Assembly: GCA_017474125.1 (NCBI GenBank)
Contig: JAFVIF010000076.1
Span: 9,739 to 73,738, forward strand
Length of the DNA: 64,000 nucleotides
Reading direction: 5' to 3'
Source of the DNA: Clostridia bacterium
GTDB taxonomy: Bacteria > Bacillota > Clostridia > Oscillospirales > Acutalibacteraceae
Shown here: in pieces, positions 61,422 to 64,000 of the stretch
Layout of the letters: each line of letters opens with the position of its first letter
Numbering within the stretch: the stretch's first letter is position 1
Translations under genes and position numbers: made by a program
The notes under the pieces: generated by a model
Database searches by the model: none
Told to the model about the DNA's origin: nothing
What the model saw: only the letters and a program-made list of their open reading frames with translations

Positions 61422-63071
61422 TTAGTTTATTTCTACCGCCGATACGGTAACACCCATACTGTCGCTTGAATAGGTTAAGGTAACGGTGTCGCCTGCGCCT
61501 ACAAAGGGAAGCTTATCAGAAAGGGTGACGGGCACGGTAAACACCGTGTCGTTGTCCTTTAGCATAATATAGTAGCAGGTATTACCGTCAACTACCGCGC
61601 TGCTTATTTTTTCAACAGTACCGCTAATAGACTGCTTTTCGCTTACCGAGGTATCAACATCTTCCTTTTTAAGCTTGTTAAGGTAGTCGATTCTGCTTTC
61701 CTCTACCGTGCTGCCCGTACCGACAATCTGATACTGCTGTACGTCAACGAAGGCGTACATTTTAACAAGCCCTGCCGAATCCTTAAGAGCCATAAAATAG
61801 CTGGGACGGTCGGCAACGTTTAAAAGCAAGGGGAAGGTTGCTGTGTAGGAAAGATGCTGTACCTGACCCTCTGCCGAGCTCATAGCCGAAAATTCCTCGG
61901 CACCGGGTACGGGATAGTAACGGGTTTCCTTAGTACGCAAATTAGTAAGCACAAAGCCAACGTTAGATTCATCGCTTGTTACCGAGGTAATACCCGTATA
62001 AAGCCATACGTCGTCGTTTATTGCAAGGTAATTATAGCCGTCGGTGGGCTGAAGCACGCCCTTTTGACCGAACACCGAGTTTAACCAGCCCGAGCGATAC
62101 TTACCGTTATAGGCAAGCTGAGTCAGTACCAAATCAGCGCTGTAAACCTGATCAACCCAAGTGGGGATATCTTTAATATCGTAATAAACGCTTTCTCCCG
62201 TTTGTGCGTTAAGCAGCACCGCGCCTCCGATATCGGTACCGCTGAACAGTCCTATACGGTACTCCACCGTGGAAGCAACCCAGAATGGCGTTCCGTTATC
62301 GTCGATTTCAAAGGTAATATCATCGAAAATTTTGGTGGGATAGGCAAATCGGAGCTTTCTCATAAGGTCGCGCATAAAATATTCGCTTTCGGAATACTTA
62401 ATGCCCTCGTTAAGGCGAACAAGGGTTGTATCCTGAGTGGTCATATCCACCATAATATAAGCAGGTATACCCTCAGCTCTGTTGCCAAGCCACTTAATAG
62501 CATCGCCGTAGCGCAAGGGAGTTACGCGCACAGGTCTGCCCTTAAAGTTAATCTGAGTATAATGAGCATCAATTTCAAACTGCGAAACAAGGTCAGCCAT
62601 TTCGCCAAGCTTTCTTTGTCCAAGCCTTGAAGCGGTATCCTTGTCAACTACGGGAATCTGCTCCTTGCCGATTTCACTAACCTCGGTTACAAAATCGCCG
62701 TTTTGCATAGTCATAAGGGTATTGTAGCTTGAAGCGTTGAAAATCTGCGCGCCGATAACGGTGCCTACAAGCATAACGACTATAACGAGCAGTATGGCGC
62801 AAACCGAAATTTTAAACGGTGTTTTGAGCCGCTTAAATTTATCTACCGCCGCCTTTATAGAATTTCGGTCGTTTGCGTCGTTTACCTCTTTTAAAGACTT
62901 AAACACACTGCCAAAGCCGAAAACCACCGTAACGGCAATAATCACAAAAATCATAAAGCCGTAAAGCTCGGTGCTGCGAAGATTTAAGGGCGGAAGCATT
63001 ATCCAATACCCTGCAAAAATCACCGCGGCGCTTATAAGCGCTTTAATTAAAATAGCCAGTGTTTTCTTCAT
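61422..63071 (-). CDS. Membrane-anchored protein of unknown function (N-terminal TM helices, large extracytoplasmic domain)
   Basis: Start set at ATG 63071 (GGAAAGG RBS 9 nt upstream) rather than GTG 63113. Three N-terminal hydrophobic helices. Confidence 0.6.
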   Translation of the reverse strand: MKKTLAILIKALISAAVIFAGYWIMLPPLNLRSTELYGFMIFVIIAVTVVFGFGSVFKSLKEVNDANDRNSIKAAVDKFKRLKTPFKISVCAILLVIVVMLVGTVIGAQIFNASSYNTLMTMQNGDFVTEVSEIGKEQIPVVDKDTASRLGQRKLGEMADLVSQFEIDAHYTQINFKGRPVRVTPLRYGDAIKWLGNRAEGIPAYIMVDMTTQDTTLVRLNEGIKYSESEYFMRDLMRKLRFAYPTKIFDDITFEIDDNGTPFWVASTVEYRIGLFSGTDIGGAVLLNAQTGESVYYDIKDIPTWVDQVYSADLVLTQLAYNGKYRSGWLNSVFGQKGVLQPTDGYNYLAINDDVWLYTGITSVTSDESNVGFVLTNLRTKETRYYPVPGAEEFSAMSSAEGQVQHLSYTATFPLLLNVADRPSYFMALKDSAGLVKMYAFVDVQQYQIVGTGSTVEESRIDYLNKLKKEDVDTSVSEKQSISGTVEKISSAVVDGNTCYYIMLKDNDTVFTVPVTLSDKLPFVGAGDTVTLTYSSDSMGVTVSAVEIN

Positions 63072-64000
63072 CGTTTTCATCCTTTCCGTATTCAGGTCGG
63101 CCTGCCTTTTCACGCTTTTTACGTATTTTTTCCTTGTGCAAAAGCTCCTTTTCCTCGTCGTAAGGAATATACCTTACCTTTCGAGTCTTCTTTTTGCCCT
63201 TAGAATTAATATACGCAACGTAAGCCACAAAGCAAAGCACCGACAAAATAAGCAATATAAATATAACCGTAAAGGCGGTTGAAGTAACTATTCTTCTGAT
63301 AAAGTCAAAGAAAACCAGCATTGCATTGCTGTCTATGTCCTGCCCCGCCACAAGGTTAACGGTACCTATTACCTGCTCGGCGTAAACCACCTCCGCCGTA
63401 CCGAGCACGTCACCCTTTTTAACGGGCGCGTTAACCGATTTATAGCTTAGGGTAGGCTTTATTATTATGGTGGAATTATCGGCTTCGTTAGGCAAAATGG
63501 AGGTAAGCTGCTTTTCGGGATACAGCGCAACGTGGTCGTATTCCATAGAAAGTCGCACAGGCATTTCGGCTACGGGCGAGGCCGTATCGAGAATAGCCTT
63601 ATACTCAAAGCCGTTAAAGGCCCAACGGAACATTTGACGCGCCGTAGAAAACTCTATTCTGGTACTGCCGCTCGGACAGTTCATAAGCACCGCCAAATAT
63701 TTATAGCCGTTGTAGGAGGCAGTAGCGGTAAGGCATCTGCCCGCTTCATCGGTGTAGCCTGTTTTGGTGCCCGTACAGTAGGTGTAATAATAATTTGTGC
63801 CCGTATCAACCATATAGTTGGTGGTAACTATGGTACGCTCATCCCTCATATTGGTTGCCGCCATTTTATAACGTGATTTAGCGGTAAGCTCGGAAAAAAC
63901 GGGATGCTTTTCTATAGCGTAGCTTGTAAGGGTTATTATATCCCTGACGGTGGTGTAGTTATTATTGTCGTGAAGGCCTATAGGGTTTGTAAAGTGCGTA
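63043..64000 (-). CDS. D-alanyl-D-alanine carboxypeptidase (PBP5/DacB-like), 5' end outside the window
   Basis: The frame stays open upstream of the listed Met to the window edge (THFTNPIGLHDNNNYTTVRDIITL...). KTGYTDEAGRC (KTG motif), a C-terminal TM anchor and a basic/acidic tail. Confidence 0.8.
   Translation of the reverse strand, partial: THFTNPIGLHDNNNYTTVRDIITLTSYAIEKHPVFSELTAKSRYKMAATNMRDERTIVTTNYMVDTGTNYYYTYCTGTKTGYTDEAGRCLTATASYNGYKYLAVLMNCPSGSTRIEFSTARQMFRWAFNGFEYKAILDTASPVAEMPVRLSMEYDHVALYPEKQLTSILPNEADNSTIIIKPTLSYKSVNAPVKKGDVLGTAEVVYAEQVIGTVNLVAGQDIDSNAMLVFFDFIRRIVTSTAFTVIFILLILSVLCFVAYVAYINSKGKKKTRKVRYIPYDEEKELLHKEKIRKKREKAGRPEYGKDENDEENTGYFN

Overview
The window looks like a Clostridia-type Firmicutes chromosome segment. 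It has GGAGG ribosome-binding sites, a T-box leader and secreted proteins ending in type I dockerins, which suggests a Ruminococcus-like Oscillospiraceae organism; the taxonomy is inference only. Housekeeping blocks are truB'-ribF, a minus-strand run of mgtE / CYTH / alpha-beta hydrolase / murF-like / ddl / CDF, a U32 peptidase, rpsF-ssb-rpsR, and a partial D-Ala-D-Ala carboxypeptidase gene at the right edge. These are interleaved with accessory material. (1) A sugar-isomerase plus 710-aa unknown operon with a divergent AraC regulator. (2) Two adjacent dockerin-bearing cysteine-hydrolase / NlpC-P60 proteins. (3) Two ~900-aa FAD-oxidoreductase/discoidin paralogs separated by an islet that encodes a four-helix-bundle (Avd-like) protein, a voltage-gated-type K+ channel and a PocR-AraC regulator. 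(4) A two-gene cassette (933-aa unknown plus Eis-like GNAT) flanked by identical 33-nt terminator copies. (5) A 13-kb, nine-gene minus-strand operon of cytoplasmic glycoside-hydrolase-like proteins, an FAD oxidoreductase, a sensory-rhodopsin-transducer homolog and M24/M81 peptidase-fold proteins. (6) An arylacetate/2-oxoacid locus: Na+ symporter, acyl-CoA synthetase, iorAB, and a Phe-specific T-box in front of paaK-ACT. The least explained signals are two copies of an intergenic element made of short, mutually different hairpins punctuated by the heptamer GTGATAT and its reverse complement. No rRNA, tRNA, CRISPR array, transposase or integrase was seen. All functional calls come from reading the translations by eye, with no database search.
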